Source: a virus
Virus record (IMG/VR): IMGVR_UViG_3300046333_000090
Reading direction: 5' to 3' (one strand)
DNA: 64,000 bases
Positions 1-9,641 of this stretch are shown here, one piece after another. Under the pieces are notes generated by a model. It did no database searches. It was not told the origin of the DNA and saw only the letters and a list, made by a program, of their open reading frames with translations. Each line of letters begins with the position of its first letter. Position 1 is the first letter of the stretch. The position numbers were made by a program, and so were the translations under genes.

Positions 1-634
1 TTGGGGAATCAAATATACCAAAAGGTGTAATAAATTCTCCAAGAGAAGTAATTTGTCTAATTAGTTGAGTGTGTTCTTTAGTTTGTGGACGAGGAACACC
101 TGAATATAAATCACTGAGTCTTTTGATTCCTTCTGGGGAAATATTATTAACCCCTTTTCTAGATTCACTTTGTTTTTTTCTTAATTCAACACCTTTAGGA
201 GATTGTCTATAAATTTTAAAAGATTCTTTCATTTTAGCAACGGTACTGGGATCGTGCATTGGATTTGTTAATCTCATTGCTGCTGAGTTGGCAATTCTAG
301 CTTGCTCAAATAACTTAGAAGATACATTTAATCTACCGGAATTACATTCACCAACTCTACTCATGCTACCAAATGCTTTTAACATTAAAAATCTTTGTCT
401 GTTCTTGGTAAATACTTTAGATAGAATCCAATGTGCAATAAAATGTTGTCTGGCGGTAAGTTTTACTAAATTTTTAGGTTCTAATCTAAATTCAGAAAAT
501 ATGCTTATTGGCAAAATATGATGATTTTCTGAGTAATCATTCAGATCTGATTTACAATTTATAATGAATTTTAAGTATCGGTTTAAATAGTGATAGTTTA
601 CCTCAAATGAATTGAATAACATTAAATAATCCAC
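1..634 (-). CDS. HNH homing endonuclease (Mob-like), runs off the window start
   Basis: Not in the ORF track. Manual minus-strand translation from GTG634/ATG622 gives ...YSENHHILPISIF...KNLVKLTARQHFIAHWILSKVF..., the HHIxP...NLVxLTxRxHxxAH motif of T4 Mob-like HNH enzymes. Late-promoter TATAAATA at 671-678 (-). Confidence 0.8.
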   Translation of the reverse strand, partial: MDYLMLFNSFEVNYHYLNRYLKFIINCKSDLNDYSENHHILPISIFSEFRLEPKNLVKLTARQHFIAHWILSKVFTKNRQRFLMLKAFGSMSRVGECNSGRLNVSSKLFEQARIANSAAMRLTNPMHDPSTVAKMKESFKIYRQSPKGVELRKKQSESRKGVNNISPEGIKRLSDLYSGVPRPQTKEHTQLIRQITSLGEFITPFGIFDSP

Positions 635-698
635 CGTGGCATTTCCCCTTTGGTTATAAAGTATTAATTATATTTATAGTAAATTAGTAGGAGAATAT

Positions 699-1103
699 AT
701 GAGATTATTAATTAAACAAAGTAATAAAGAATTTATTCTAGAAAATGTAGAATTGAATAATAATCCTCTAGCGGGGAAAGGAACTTTCTATGCTGGAAAT
801 AACGTTTCTACTATTGGTAAAGTACAAATTGAAGGAATTGAAGATATTAATGCGATGGTTACTTGGTTACTAGATACTTCATCAGAAAACCGAGTTGCAC
901 AACAACTTCGGATATTGAAAGAATTGGGAACGCCTATGGATGACATTAAATATATCAAATGTTTAATTGACGCAGTATTAGATGATATTGATTCAGATCA
1001 TAAGGATGACATTATCAGTTCAGGATTACCTAATAAAGTAATTTATGGAAAATTAACTAAAAGAATTAAAGAATATTACCAAAATACTTTGCAAATTTGG
1101 TAA
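699..1103 (+). CDS. hypothetical protein
   Basis: 134-aa ORF with AGGAG RBS upstream. Confidence 0.65.
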   Translation: MRLLIKQSNKEFILENVELNNNPLAGKGTFYAGNNVSTIGKVQIEGIEDINAMVTWLLDTSSENRVAQQLRILKELGTPMDDIKYIKCLIDAVLDDIDSDHKDDIISSGLPNKVIYGKLTKRIKEYYQNTLQIW

Positions 1104-1117
1104 AGTTGTGTTATAAT
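1089..1117 (+). promoter_or_regulatory. sigma70-type promoter
   Basis: TTGCAA-17 nt-TATAAT with extended TG. Confidence 0.6.
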
Positions 1118-1137
1118 AAAAAAGGATTGTGGCGACG

Positions 1138-1198
1138 GCGATTGAAGATATACTTAGTGATAAAGTAATTTATCACTATATCTTTAATCGTCTTTTTT
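1138..1198 (+). terminator. long hairpin plus U-tract (terminator or small RNA)
   Basis: GCGATTGAAGATA..TAGTGATAAA-GTAA-TTTATCACTA-TATCTTTAATCGT followed by a T run. Confidence 0.55.
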
Positions 1199-1218
1199 AT
1201 TCTGATAAACATATCAGA

Positions 1219-1296
1219 CATACGTTGATAGGGGGTTAGAATGCCCTACAACGCATGACAACTTAAATAATGACTACTAGTACTAAATCATAAAAC
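1219..1296 (+). repeat. dispersed intergenic repeat copy (TAGAATGCCCTACAACGCA family)
   Basis: Matches copies at ~4950, 17237, 20589, 44202, 49743, 55231 and 60164. Confidence 0.8.
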
Positions 1297-1298
1297 TA

Positions 1299-1526
1299 AT
1301 GCCAACCTACTGCTTCCGAGATACTAATACTCATGAAAGAACGGAAAAGTTCTTACGAATTGCAGAATTAGATCAATACAAAGAGGACAATCCACATTTA
1401 ATACAAACTCCAGTGATCCTGAATGCCGTCGGGCAAATTGGTGGGATAAAGATGGATGACGGATTTAAGGATCTAATGAATAACATCAAGAGAAATACTC
1501 CGGGCAACTCTATGAATAGCTTTTAG
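1299..1526 (+). CDS. FmdB-like small protein of T4-like cyanophages
   Basis: MPTYxFxDxxTxE...LDQYKEDNPHL...DGFKDLMNNIK pattern, located before the exonuclease/gp33. Confidence 0.7.
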   Translation: MPTYCFRDTNTHERTEKFLRIAELDQYKEDNPHLIQTPVILNAVGQIGGIKMDDGFKDLMNNIKRNTPGNSMNSF

Positions 1527-1551
1527 GCGAGATTTATTAAATTTAATAATT

Positions 1552-2214
1552 ATGACCATAGAATTGGATTTTTGGAATAACCAGCATTACGAAAGAATAG
1601 ATATTGATGGGGTGCGGCATTATGACATATCTGGTCAATATTACCCATCAGTTACTAGTATAGTTGGGGAATTTGGTAAGGATAAATTAAACAAATGGAG
1701 GAAACGAGTAGGAGAAGTAGAAGCGCAACGAATATGTGATGTCGCTTCTGCCAACGGTACTTATATTCATCACTTAGCAGAACAATATCTATTGGGTAAT
1801 CCAATAGATCATAAAGATTCTACTGGATTACAAAAGATGGTATTTGGTAAATTTAAAGAGTCTATCAATAAGATCTCTAAAGTACATTTGCTTGAACATA
1901 CTTTATATTCGCATAAACTTAAATTGGCGGGAACTGTTGATTGTGTTGGCTATTACAATGGTGTATTGTCTGTGATTGACTTCAAGACAAGCAAAAAAGA
2001 AAAACCAATTGAATGGATTGAAAATTATTTTGTACAAACTTGTATCTATGCTATGTGCATTTATGAGATGTATGAAATATGGATTTCACAAATTGTATTA
2101 TTGTTCGCATGTAGTGATCTTACCACACCAATTGTTGTAAAACAAATTGATCGCGAACTTATAGAGTTAACCAAAAAATATTATTATCATTATAAAAATA
2201 ATCATGCTAAATAA
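1552..2214 (+). CDS. PD-(D/E)XK exonuclease
   Basis: YPSVTSI, KWRKRVGE, GTxIH, AGTVDC...VIDFKTS, YFVQ motifs. Confidence 0.88.
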   Translation: MTIELDFWNNQHYERIDIDGVRHYDISGQYYPSVTSIVGEFGKDKLNKWRKRVGEVEAQRICDVASANGTYIHHLAEQYLLGNPIDHKDSTGLQKMVFGKFKESINKISKVHLLEHTLYSHKLKLAGTVDCVGYYNGVLSVIDFKTSKKEKPIEWIENYFVQTCIYAMCIYEMYEIWISQIVLLFACSDLTTPIVVKQIDRELIELTKKYYYHYKNNHAK

Positions 2215-2464
2215 AAAAGGAATAGATATGTTACTAACAGATACACTACTTATTGCGGACAAATTTAATAATATTATCGAATTTAATCGACATAAATTTG
2301 ATAATTATCTAGAAACAATTCTCAATTATTGTATCGAGTATAATATGGAAATGATCCACGTTAAAAAATTATTGAATCCGCAGATTTTGTCCAAAATGAC
2401 AGCAGAATGCGAATCGGATAATTTAATCACTAGAACATCAAATACAGTATCACTGTTCGATTAG
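2204..2464 (+). CDS. gp33: late transcription coactivator gp33
   Basis: YLETILNYC...VKKLLNPQILSKMTAE pattern; synteny with gp59 and gp32. Confidence 0.8.
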   Translation: MLNKKGIDMLLTDTLLIADKFNNIIEFNRHKFDNYLETILNYCIEYNMEMIHVKKLLNPQILSKMTAECESDNLITRTSNTVSLFD

Positions 2465-2476
2465 GAAGGATTATTT

Positions 2477-3073
2477 ATGGCAATGATGGGATATACGGCA
2501 TACATTACATATATTGGGATCAAAACCCATTTCTGTAACAAATCTTATAACTATTTTAGACACAAAGGTGCAAAAATTACAGAAGGTGCGCTACAAAAAC
2601 ATCGAGATCGGTATTGGTTCATTCGATTGCAAGATCGATATAGTGATAAGGAGTTAGAAACATTCTTTCTGTCTCAATTCACTCAATACAATCATTCATA
2701 TTGGGTGGGGGACTCCTTTTGTGATGTATGTCAAGATTCGTACACCAATCATAAGAAAAAGATTGCCAACCTCACCAGAACATTTAATCGAGAAATGAGA
2801 GATTTTTATGAAAAATTTCCAGATTGTGAAACTATGTATCAAACTACATCTGGATACCCAAAAATAATCACTGAGTATATGGCAGATAGACTGTCACTAG
2901 AGACAGTGATTATGTTAGATGACATAAATGCCTGGACAGTAAATAATCCTAGCTTAGAGGGCATTCTAGGTGCGCCTATATTGAATAAAATTAACAAGTA
3001 TCGACCATTTTTAAACTACAATATAGATCCTGTAAGAAAAAATTATAACGAATTAAATTTTGCAAAGCAATAA
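2477..3073 (+). CDS. gp59: helicase loader gp59
   Basis: Y..Y.GIK.HF...YNYF, RDRYWF, SLETVIML, KINKYRPFL; synteny. Confidence 0.85.
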   Translation: MAMMGYTAYITYIGIKTHFCNKSYNYFRHKGAKITEGALQKHRDRYWFIRLQDRYSDKELETFFLSQFTQYNHSYWVGDSFCDVCQDSYTNHKKKIANLTRTFNREMRDFYEKFPDCETMYQTTSGYPKIITEYMADRLSLETVIMLDDINAWTVNNPSLEGILGAPILNKINKYRPFLNYNIDPVRKNYNELNFAKQ

Positions 3074-3163
3074 TGGTACTATTTCAAAAAAACTTTTAAA
3101 GTAATTGTATAATTAGATTCATTTATATGATATTATTGATGTATACACAAACAAAAAAAATTA

Positions 3164-3352
3164 ATGTTAGTAATTGCTTGGATTCTTTCGGGAGTAATAT
3201 TGAATGTGTTCATGATTAATAATAATGAACACGAAAATAATATTCTGATTATATTATTAGCATTCACTACTAATATGATATTTTCTCCAATTTTATTGGT
3301 AACAAATATTTCGGCAAAAATTGCAAAAGAATCAAATTTTGTGTTAAAATAA
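3164..3352 (+). CDS. small membrane protein
   Basis: 62 aa with two hydrophobic segments, co-oriented with neighbours. Confidence 0.5.
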   Translation: MLVIAWILSGVILNVFMINNNEHENNILIILLAFTTNMIFSPILLVTNISAKIAKESNFVLK

Positions 3353-3382
3353 GATAACTTCCAACAAACAAAAATATCTATT

Positions 3383-4294
3383 ATGGCTTTAGATTTACAA
3401 TCATTCAAAACAAGACAACGCGCAACTAGTCTAAGCAACATTACTGATTCATTTGCACCAAAGAGTTCGGCGTATACTGATTCTCGTTATTGGAAAATCA
3501 CTACTCCTGATAAAAAGGATGGCGCGGCAAATTCCGCTATTATTCGCTTTCTGCCCTCACATAATCCCGAAAAACCATTTGTTTCATCATTCAGCTATTC
3601 GTTTACTGGAGTAGGTGGGCAATATATTGAAAATAGTTTGGAATCTATTGGACAACTCGATCCAGTCAAAGAGTACAATACTAAACTTTGGAATAGTGGC
3701 GACCCAGAAAAAAAAGAAGACACAAAAAAACGTAATCGCAAACTACATTATATTGGGAATATCTTGGTGGTCAATGATGTAAGTCATCCCGAAAATAATG
3801 GAAAGGTGTTTTTGTATCAGTTTGGTTCCAAAATCATGGCTAAAATCACTGCCATCATGACTGGGGATCCAGCAGTTTCTCAACCACCAGTAGATATTTT
3901 TGATTTTGATAACGGTGCTAATTTTTATTTAAAAATGCACTATGAGGGGAAAAGTGGATTTTATTCTTACGATTCCTCCCATTTTAATCGGGAATCATCT
4001 ATTGGGGAAGAAGCATATCAATCTTCTATCATTCAACAGATTTATGATCTAGATAATTGTGAACCAGTAAAGTATAAACCATATGAAGAACTTCAGACTC
4101 GGTTCCGATTGGTAATGTGTCCGCCAAAAGTAGAAGATGAGTTTGGTCTGGCATCTCCCCCCCCTTCTCAAGTAGTGATCCCTACCCCACCAACTACCCC
4201 TCTAGTTAAAGTATCCATACCCCCAACTTCTTCGTCATCAACTGATGATGAGTTCTCTGATTTTGACTCTCTGATTGACAACATTCCGTTCTAA
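3383..4294 (+). CDS. gp32: single-stranded DNA-binding protein gp32
   Basis: D.RYWK, AIIRFLP, YIENSL..IGQ.DPV, NILVVND..HPENNGKVFLY.FG.KI, acidic C-terminus. Confidence 0.95.
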   Translation: MALDLQSFKTRQRATSLSNITDSFAPKSSAYTDSRYWKITTPDKKDGAANSAIIRFLPSHNPEKPFVSSFSYSFTGVGGQYIENSLESIGQLDPVKEYNTKLWNSGDPEKKEDTKKRNRKLHYIGNILVVNDVSHPENNGKVFLYQFGSKIMAKITAIMTGDPAVSQPPVDIFDFDNGANFYLKMHYEGKSGFYSYDSSHFNRESSIGEEAYQSSIIQQIYDLDNCEPVKYKPYEELQTRFRLVMCPPKVEDEFGLASPPPSQVVIPTPPTTPLVKVSIPPTSSSSTDDEFSDFDSLIDNIPF

Positions 4295-4297
4295 TAT

Positions 4298-4328
4298 AAA
4301 AAGGATACTCATTGAGTATCCTTTTTTT
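4298..4328. terminator. bidirectional intrinsic terminator
   Basis: AAAAAGGATACTC-ATT-GAGTATCCTTTTTT between convergent genes. Confidence 0.8.
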
Positions 4329-4935
4329 AAATTTCTTCAAATTTGGTACCATCTTCAGTAAGTATATTTGTATTATACCTGATAAGATTACCAAATTCGT
4401 CATCCATATTAAATACTATTGATGGGTTTAGTAATAGTATTTTTCGTTTGTTTTCATTCTGTTCTACAAAATCTTCTCGGTATGTGATAGATGTTTTAGT
4501 AGTACTACCTTGATATAGTACTCCATCTATAGTTACAGAAAAGTCCGAATTGACTATTAGATTAGCAGGGATAATTACTTTTCCATTACTATTTTTTATC
4601 TCTACCGTTTTATAAAATTTAATAGCATTTTGATTAGGTAGTGTATATAATAATTTTTCCACTTGTTCACTATTGACCACCCAATCATTATTACTGGTGA
4701 TATTATTGAATAGTAGAATAGACCAGTAATACTTAGTGTCTCCATAATAATTAAATGCTATCTGTTCTGGTCTTTCCTCATCTTTTACATAATATGTTGT
4801 ATAGAATTGTTTGTTATTTTTTAATTCTTTTATGGTGATGAGTAATCGTCGAAATATATCCGTTACCTTTACATCTTCACCATTAATAGGATTAGTGATA
4901 GTGATTTTAGGATACTCGGTGAAATATGAAGTCAT
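4327..4935 (-). CDS. gp53: baseplate wedge subunit gp53
   Basis: YF..YP.I, VTDIFRR, Y.VKDEERPEQIAFNYYGD..YYW.ILLFN. Confidence 0.9.
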   Translation of the reverse strand: MTSYFTEYPKITITNPINGEDVKVTDIFRRLLITIKELKNNKQFYTTYYVKDEERPEQIAFNYYGDTKYYWSILLFNNITSNNDWVVNSEQVEKLLYTLPNQNAIKFYKTVEIKNSNGKVIIPANLIVNSDFSVTIDGVLYQGSTTKTSITYREDFVEQNENKRKILLLNPSIVFNMDDEFGNLIRYNTNILTEDGTKFEEI

Positions 4936-4949
4936 ATAGTGGATATAAT

Positions 4950-5023
4950 AAATTTTTGATACCAGTAGTCATATTTATAGTTTTCCTGCGTTGTAGGGCA
5001 TTCTAGTCCCCTATCAACGCATA
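4950..5023 (-). repeat. dispersed repeat copy carrying late promoter TATAAATA for gp53
   Basis: CTAGAATGCCCTACAACGCAGGAAAACTATAAATATGACTACTGG on the minus strand. Confidence 0.8.
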
Positions 5024-5044
5024 TTAATACCCGTTTAATTCTAC

Positions 5045-6070
5045 TTAGTATCCTTGATCGCATTCTACACTGGTGATAATTTCGACCTCATGAAATGATA
5101 GGACAATTTCTATAGCCGCAGGAGCAGGTGTAAGTCTTCTAGTTGTTGTATCCTGACGATCATTTTCAGTGAGATGAGTCACCCATGCTCCATCTGGAGT
5201 ATAATTAGTAGAGATTCCAGTTATGATCATTGGTTTTAATTTTGGTAGATGAAAAATTTCATCAGCACCCTCAAACATAAATCTAACATCACAAACGTTA
5301 GGAGTAGTAAGCCAACGATCACCTAACGACGACAACAGATTGTTTGGGTTATCCTGATTTTCTTTGGTCAATCCTTGTCTACTATAATTAGGTAGTGCAT
5401 TCATTCTTAATTTTTTAATTATATTGTAAATACTGCGTTGTTCAATTTGATTTCTGGGGACAAGCTTATACTTTGCCGAAAAGGATCTTGGTTCCAATCC
5501 CTTGAAAATTTGTTCATGGTACGGATTTAAAATCTTACCTGCAAATCCTTGAGTGATAGCTTGTCCAGATGAGAATACGTTCAAGCCTTCGATTATACCT
5601 ATGATTCCTTCAGGGATACCAGATGATGCCAATGATGCTAATGTTTCTGCGGTATTAGTTTGATCCCCCCCCCTAGCAAATTGTTCCGCGATAGTTGGAG
5701 CAAATCTGCCTATTGTTCTCAGATCCTCAAGGTTCCAGGCAATAGTGTCGTCGAACTGAATACTATCTGGCATAGGCAATCGAAATATATCAATCACATT
5801 ACCTTTAATAAATCTTTCTCTCGCAATTCCTCTACCACCATTATCTTCACCAAATGGTGTTCTTTTGATTACACTAGGAGGAGGTGCCCCTGGGATGGGT
5901 ATTAATGGTGGGGTGTCTGTGGAAACAAAAAATTCTGATAAAGATACATATTTATATGTCTTTATTCTCATTTCATCTCCATACTCGGATAGGTTGTCTG
6001 GATAAGTATATATATTACTGTTTGGTCGAGTTTGAGGGGGGGTTTTCGATGATGCTAATATTTGTGGCAT
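5045..6070 (-). CDS. gp48: baseplate tail-tube cap gp48
   Basis: LPMP, ILNPY.EQIFKG...RSFS..YKLVPRN..E, NYTPDG, LSF.EVEIIT. Confidence 0.88.
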   Translation of the reverse strand: MPQILASSKTPPQTRPNSNIYTYPDNLSEYGDEMRIKTYKYVSLSEFFVSTDTPPLIPIPGAPPPSVIKRTPFGEDNGGRGIARERFIKGNVIDIFRLPMPDSIQFDDTIAWNLEDLRTIGRFAPTIAEQFARGGDQTNTAETLASLASSGIPEGIIGIIEGLNVFSSGQAITQGFAGKILNPYHEQIFKGLEPRSFSAKYKLVPRNQIEQRSIYNIIKKLRMNALPNYSRQGLTKENQDNPNNLLSSLGDRWLTTPNVCDVRFMFEGADEIFHLPKLKPMIITGISTNYTPDGAWVTHLTENDRQDTTTRRLTPAPAAIEIVLSFHEVEIITSVECDQGY

Positions 6071-6072
6071 AA

Positions 6073-6513
6073 TTATACTCCTAATTCTTGTTCTGTAATT
6101 ATTTTAAATTCCATATTTTTGGATCTACCGTACTCTTTTGCTGCATTCCATTTAGCTATATTTTTATTATATAATACTAATGATTCGACATAACTTTTGG
6201 ATATTCGTTTTGGCTTCTTAGGTGGCAAAGTTTGGTTCAAAGGCTTCACTTCGATCAGTATTAATTTTTCGATGCCATCTTTGGTTAATATTTTTATTAG
6301 GAAATCTACATAATAATTATGCGGAGTATTATTCTCGTCCAAATATGGGATCTTTACCCCTTCAGAATTCCAACTTAATACATTTGGGTTAGTATCACAT
6401 AAAACGCAGAACTTTCGCTCCCAGCTTGATCTGCATTTGATCGATTTTGTACCTACATACTTTTCTGGGTGTTTTGGTACATATATGGATTGGTGATAGT
6501 GCTTCCGACTCAT
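6073..6513 (-). CDS. gp4: head completion nuclease gp4
   Basis: PKHPEKYVG, RSSWERKFC..CD.NPNV..W.SE, Y.VDF, IEVKP, KW.AA, FKIITE. Confidence 0.92.
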   Translation of the reverse strand: MSRKHYHQSIYVPKHPEKYVGTKSIKCRSSWERKFCVLCDTNPNVLSWNSEGVKIPYLDENNTPHNYYVDFLIKILTKDGIEKLILIEVKPLNQTLPPKKPKRISKSYVESLVLYNKNIAKWNAAKEYGRSKNMEFKIITEQELGV

Positions 6514-6572
6514 TTTTCTGACAAATATTAATATAAAAAAAGGAAAAATTTGGAAACATGTAATAGTTTAAA

Positions 6573-7457
6573 TTACTTTTGAAACCATTGTACTAAAGGC
6601 AACATTACAGCAACTCTTATCTCACTAGCGTCAATAGTATAAAGTGGCGATCTCAAATATTTTTGATCTAGCAAATACGTGTGCCACATGTCATCTGGGA
6701 ATGGAATATTAGTATTTCCAGATTCAATCTCATCAATCAGGTCAAATGCTATATTATTACTCACTGCCCAATGGAAGTTAATTCCAGTGAACCTATCGCC
6801 GTCAACAGAAGTTACATATACTAAAGGAGAACGATCAAATTTTGGTAGAGTATTCCAGTTTTTGGCAAAATATCTAAAACTCATATAACTACCTACTACT
6901 GGGCGATCATAGATGATTCTTCTATTATTCTCTACATATGATCTAGTGGTAGATAATCCACTATATTGATTAAATGCCCGACGATAGGCAAAAATATCAT
7001 TAGCTGGACTGATATTTTTCACAAAGGTGAATATATTTTTTTCTGTTCTTTGAGAAGGAGGTGCTAGTCGTTCGGCTTCTTTTTCTTCTCTTTTTTTCTC
7101 TCTTTTGTAAAAGTTTTGAATATTTGTAAATTCTGCACTTTTTTGAGCATAAGTTTTGCTATCTTTATCTTTTTCTACGTCTCGATCTACTTTTAATTTA
7201 TCCTTTCGTTCTTTTCTGAAGCCATCAATAATATCTTTGACCCCTTTAGCCTTTTCTTGATATGTAGCATTATCAAGGAATGATTCTTCCTCTGTGGAAT
7301 TCATACCCTTGATAATCTGATCGACCATATCAATTTTTTGTCTATAAGTATATCGCTTAGTCGGGTCGAACGCATTCATCACTGCATCGTCTGTTTCTAA
7401 TTTTGCTCTGATTCTTGCTCTAGCATCTGCCAATTGTCTATTATTGAGTTTAGCCAT
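6573..7457 (-). CDS. gp2: DNA end-protector gp2-like protein with N-terminal extension
   Basis: C-terminal F.Y.AK...LP.FDR.PLV...GINFH...HTYL pattern; adjacent to gp4. Confidence 0.65.
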   Translation of the reverse strand: MAKLNNRQLADARARIRAKLETDDAVMNAFDPTKRYTYRQKIDMVDQIIKGMNSTEEESFLDNATYQEKAKGVKDIIDGFRKERKDKLKVDRDVEKDKDSKTYAQKSAEFTNIQNFYKREKKREEKEAERLAPPSQRTEKNIFTFVKNISPANDIFAYRRAFNQYSGLSTTRSYVENNRRIIYDRPVVGSYMSFRYFAKNWNTLPKFDRSPLVYVTSVDGDRFTGINFHWAVSNNIAFDLIDEIESGNTNIPFPDDMWHTYLLDQKYLRSPLYTIDASEIRVAVMLPLVQWFQK

Positions 7458-7458
7458 T

Positions 7459-8181
7459 TTATGATATTACCTCTAGTTCTGGTTTAAGATTACTATTGCT
7501 AGAATATAGTGGATATTCGTATTTGAATGTAACAGACACTCTATTCAATTGACTACTTCCACTATTTAATGGAATAGAACTAATAGTTGTAGGATAAGCA
7601 TTGTGTAATATTGTAGTATACTTTAACACATTATTAGGCATAGTTGATTTAGGACTACCAGGGATTACTGGAACTGTAGGTATAGCATTTTTCGTCGGTA
7701 TTATTATTTTTCCATTACCATATCTTTCGTACTTTTCAATGGTGATATTTGACACATACTCATCTCGATAACGCAGTCTCATTCTCCTAAAACTAGTGGG
7801 TTGATTGGATATTGGTTTTATAAATTCTATCCATTTGTCAAATATTTTTTTCTGAGATAGATAGGCATCCAATATGAATGTAATGCTTATTTCTGGATAT
7901 ACTATATCAGTGGCATAACTGTATGCGGGGGAATTATTTATTTTGTATGTACTAGTAGTCACTTGTTCTCCTGGTAATGTCACTTCATCTGTATAGAATT
8001 GAAGCCACTGGCTTGGGTTATATGTTAGCGTATCGGTTGCAAATTGTGTTTTAAGATTTTTAAATAAACTGGAAGAATTAGTTTCTTCTATTCTCCCGAA
8101 GTTAATGTCGTATATATTCGATGAAGATATTCCATTTTCTTGAATTAAATTTTGAAACGACGCGAAGGTGGGATATGCCAT
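7459..8181 (-). CDS. gp54: baseplate tail-tube initiator gp54 / tail-tube-like protein
   Basis: VTLPG, FDKW.EFI, RYRDEY...ITI, NAYPT.ISSIPL...V.VTFKYE. Confidence 0.75.
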   Translation of the reverse strand: MAYPTFASFQNLIQENGISSSNIYDINFGRIEETNSSSLFKNLKTQFATDTLTYNPSQWLQFYTDEVTLPGEQVTTSTYKINNSPAYSYATDIVYPEISITFILDAYLSQKKIFDKWIEFIKPISNQPTSFRRMRLRYRDEYVSNITIEKYERYGNGKIIIPTKNAIPTVPVIPGSPKSTMPNNVLKYTTILHNAYPTTISSIPLNSGSSQLNRVSVTFKYEYPLYSSNSNLKPELEVIS

Positions 8182-8258
8182 AGAATGATGTTATATAATC
8201 TATTGGTATTTATTCAATAACTGTGCTATATTGATTAAATATTTTATATTATTGTAAT

Positions 8259-8614
8259 ATGAGACATTTCAATTCGATGCTCAATCTTTGGCAATTTGAT
8301 CGACCTCACCATGATTCAATGTATGTCAAACTATTAGTGGTAATAGCTATTTAATACAAATTTGTTTACCAAGAATAAATAAACTTGTAAGTTTTGGTTC
8401 TAAAGATCTTAACTACCTTCAAAATCTGCATTACCAATTTGCTACTAAATCAGGATTAGTTACTTCTGAACGATATCTCCAAGAACTACCAAACTGGCTA
8501 CCTGACCATAATATCCAATTTACTCCAAAACATCAGAACAAACTAGAACAATTGATTGAAGCGCACATAGTAAATCAACTTATGTGGGATAAGCCAATTA
8601 TCCTCACTAAATAA
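8259..8614 (+). pseudogene. internally deleted copy of the HNH family gene
   Basis: Keeps the family N-terminus (MRHF...QFDRPHH) and, out of frame, the C-terminus (FGSKDLNYLQNLHYQF...WDKPI). The HNH core is missing. Confidence 0.8.
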
Positions 8615-8643
8615 TAAATATATTAAATTTAATAATTTAACTG

Positions 8644-9369
8644 ATGAAACTCCCACAAATTGCATACCAGACTTACGAGATGACCTCCGCTATCTCTAAA
8701 AATAAAATTAAATATCGTCCATTTTTGACTGGGGAAGAAAAAATATTATATTTAGCACAAAAAACTGGAGATAATAAACAGATCAAAGATGCGGTGATTC
8801 AAGTTTTGAATAATTGTATCATCACCCCAGGAGTGATTGCGGAAGAATTGTCTGTATTTGATTTGGAGAAACTGTTGTTATCGGTTCGGGCAAAGGCTGT
8901 TGGTGAAGTAATTGATGTACAGATTCCCTGCGATTTAGAACCAGAGGATAATGGTCAACCAGTATATGTGCCAGTTAAGATCAACATCGAAGATATCCTA
9001 GTACATATTCCCCCAGATCATACAAATAAAATAGAAGTTAATGAAAATACTACATTAGTGATGAAATATCCAGGGTTGGATGATTTTTTGTTGGATAACT
9101 TTATTGATGAAGATAGTCAAAAAAATATGTTTGAAATTACCTTATTGTGCTTGGATAAATTAGTAGTAGGAGATGAGATATATGATTTTAATGATGCGTC
9201 TGATGACGATTTGAATGGATTTTTAGACAGTATGCCAACTAAAATATTTGATAAAATTACTAACTTTTTCACCAACCCGCCGAAATTATATCATGATGTA
9301 GTTGTTTATCACCCTGTTTCGGGCAATATTACAAAATTGCGTTTAGAGGGTATACAAGCTTTTTTTTAA
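8644..9369 (+). CDS. gp26: baseplate hub assembly protein gp26
   Basis: LP.I...TYE, IKYRPFL..EEKIL, FDLE.L.L.VRAKAVGE, MKYP, FF..PPKL, LEGIQAFF. Confidence 0.9.
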   Translation: MKLPQIAYQTYEMTSAISKNKIKYRPFLTGEEKILYLAQKTGDNKQIKDAVIQVLNNCIITPGVIAEELSVFDLEKLLLSVRAKAVGEVIDVQIPCDLEPEDNGQPVYVPVKINIEDILVHIPPDHTNKIEVNENTTLVMKYPGLDDFLLDNFIDEDSQKNMFEITLLCLDKLVVGDEIYDFNDASDDDLNGFLDSMPTKIFDKITNFFTNPPKLYHDVVVYHPVSGNITKLRLEGIQAFF

Positions 9370-9551
9370 TCGCATTTGGTTATAATAGTTTAGAAAATAT
9401 TTTCCAGAGAAATTTTGATTTGTTATATATACATAAAATCTCAGCGGAATTTGTTGAATTTAGTGTCCCTTGGGAATTAGATGTCCATATGCAGAGGATC
9501 GCACAATATCAAGATGACCTAAAATATCAAAGAGATACTGCTAATAATTAA
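9360..9551 (+). CDS. gp51: gp51-like hub assembly catalyst; no start codon, probably reached by -1 frameshift from gp26
   Basis: The -1 frame reads FFLIAFGYNSLENIFQRNFDLLYIHKISAEFVEFSVPWELDVHMQRIAQY..., matching the cyanophage gp51 pattern SLENYY..NF.L...HK.S..E.E...PWE.D. T TTT TTT lies at the gp26 end. Confidence 0.7.
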   Translation, partial: FFLIAFGYNSLENIFQRNFDLLYIHKISAEFVEFSVPWELDVHMQRIAQYQDDLKYQRDTANN

Positions 9552-9627
9552 ATTTAATCCCCCTCTAATTAATTAGAGGGGGATTATCATATTTATGATT
9601 TTCGTGCGTTGAGGGGCATATTAACGG
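9547..9627 (-). repeat. dispersed repeat copy with hairpin terminator and palindrome
   Basis: ATGCCCCTCAACGCACGAAAATCATAAATATG, then the TCCCCTCTAATTAATTAGAGGGGGA hairpin, then ATTAAATTTAAT. Confidence 0.7.
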
Positions 9628-9641
9628 CATCTGAGATTATA

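Noticed and set aside
288-521. Plus-strand 77-aa ORF
   Set aside because: It is antisense to the HNH gene, which has clear motifs.
1534-1549. Palindrome as merely the late promoter or part of a terminator
   Set aside because: Separate TATAAATA boxes occur near many copies, and the palindrome also occurs inside CDSs with no hairpin.
4985-5015. Dispersed repeat as a classical REP (GTAG-type)
   Set aside because: GTAGGGC is present in some copies, but it is not followed by a conserved palindrome and no RAYT gene is in the window.
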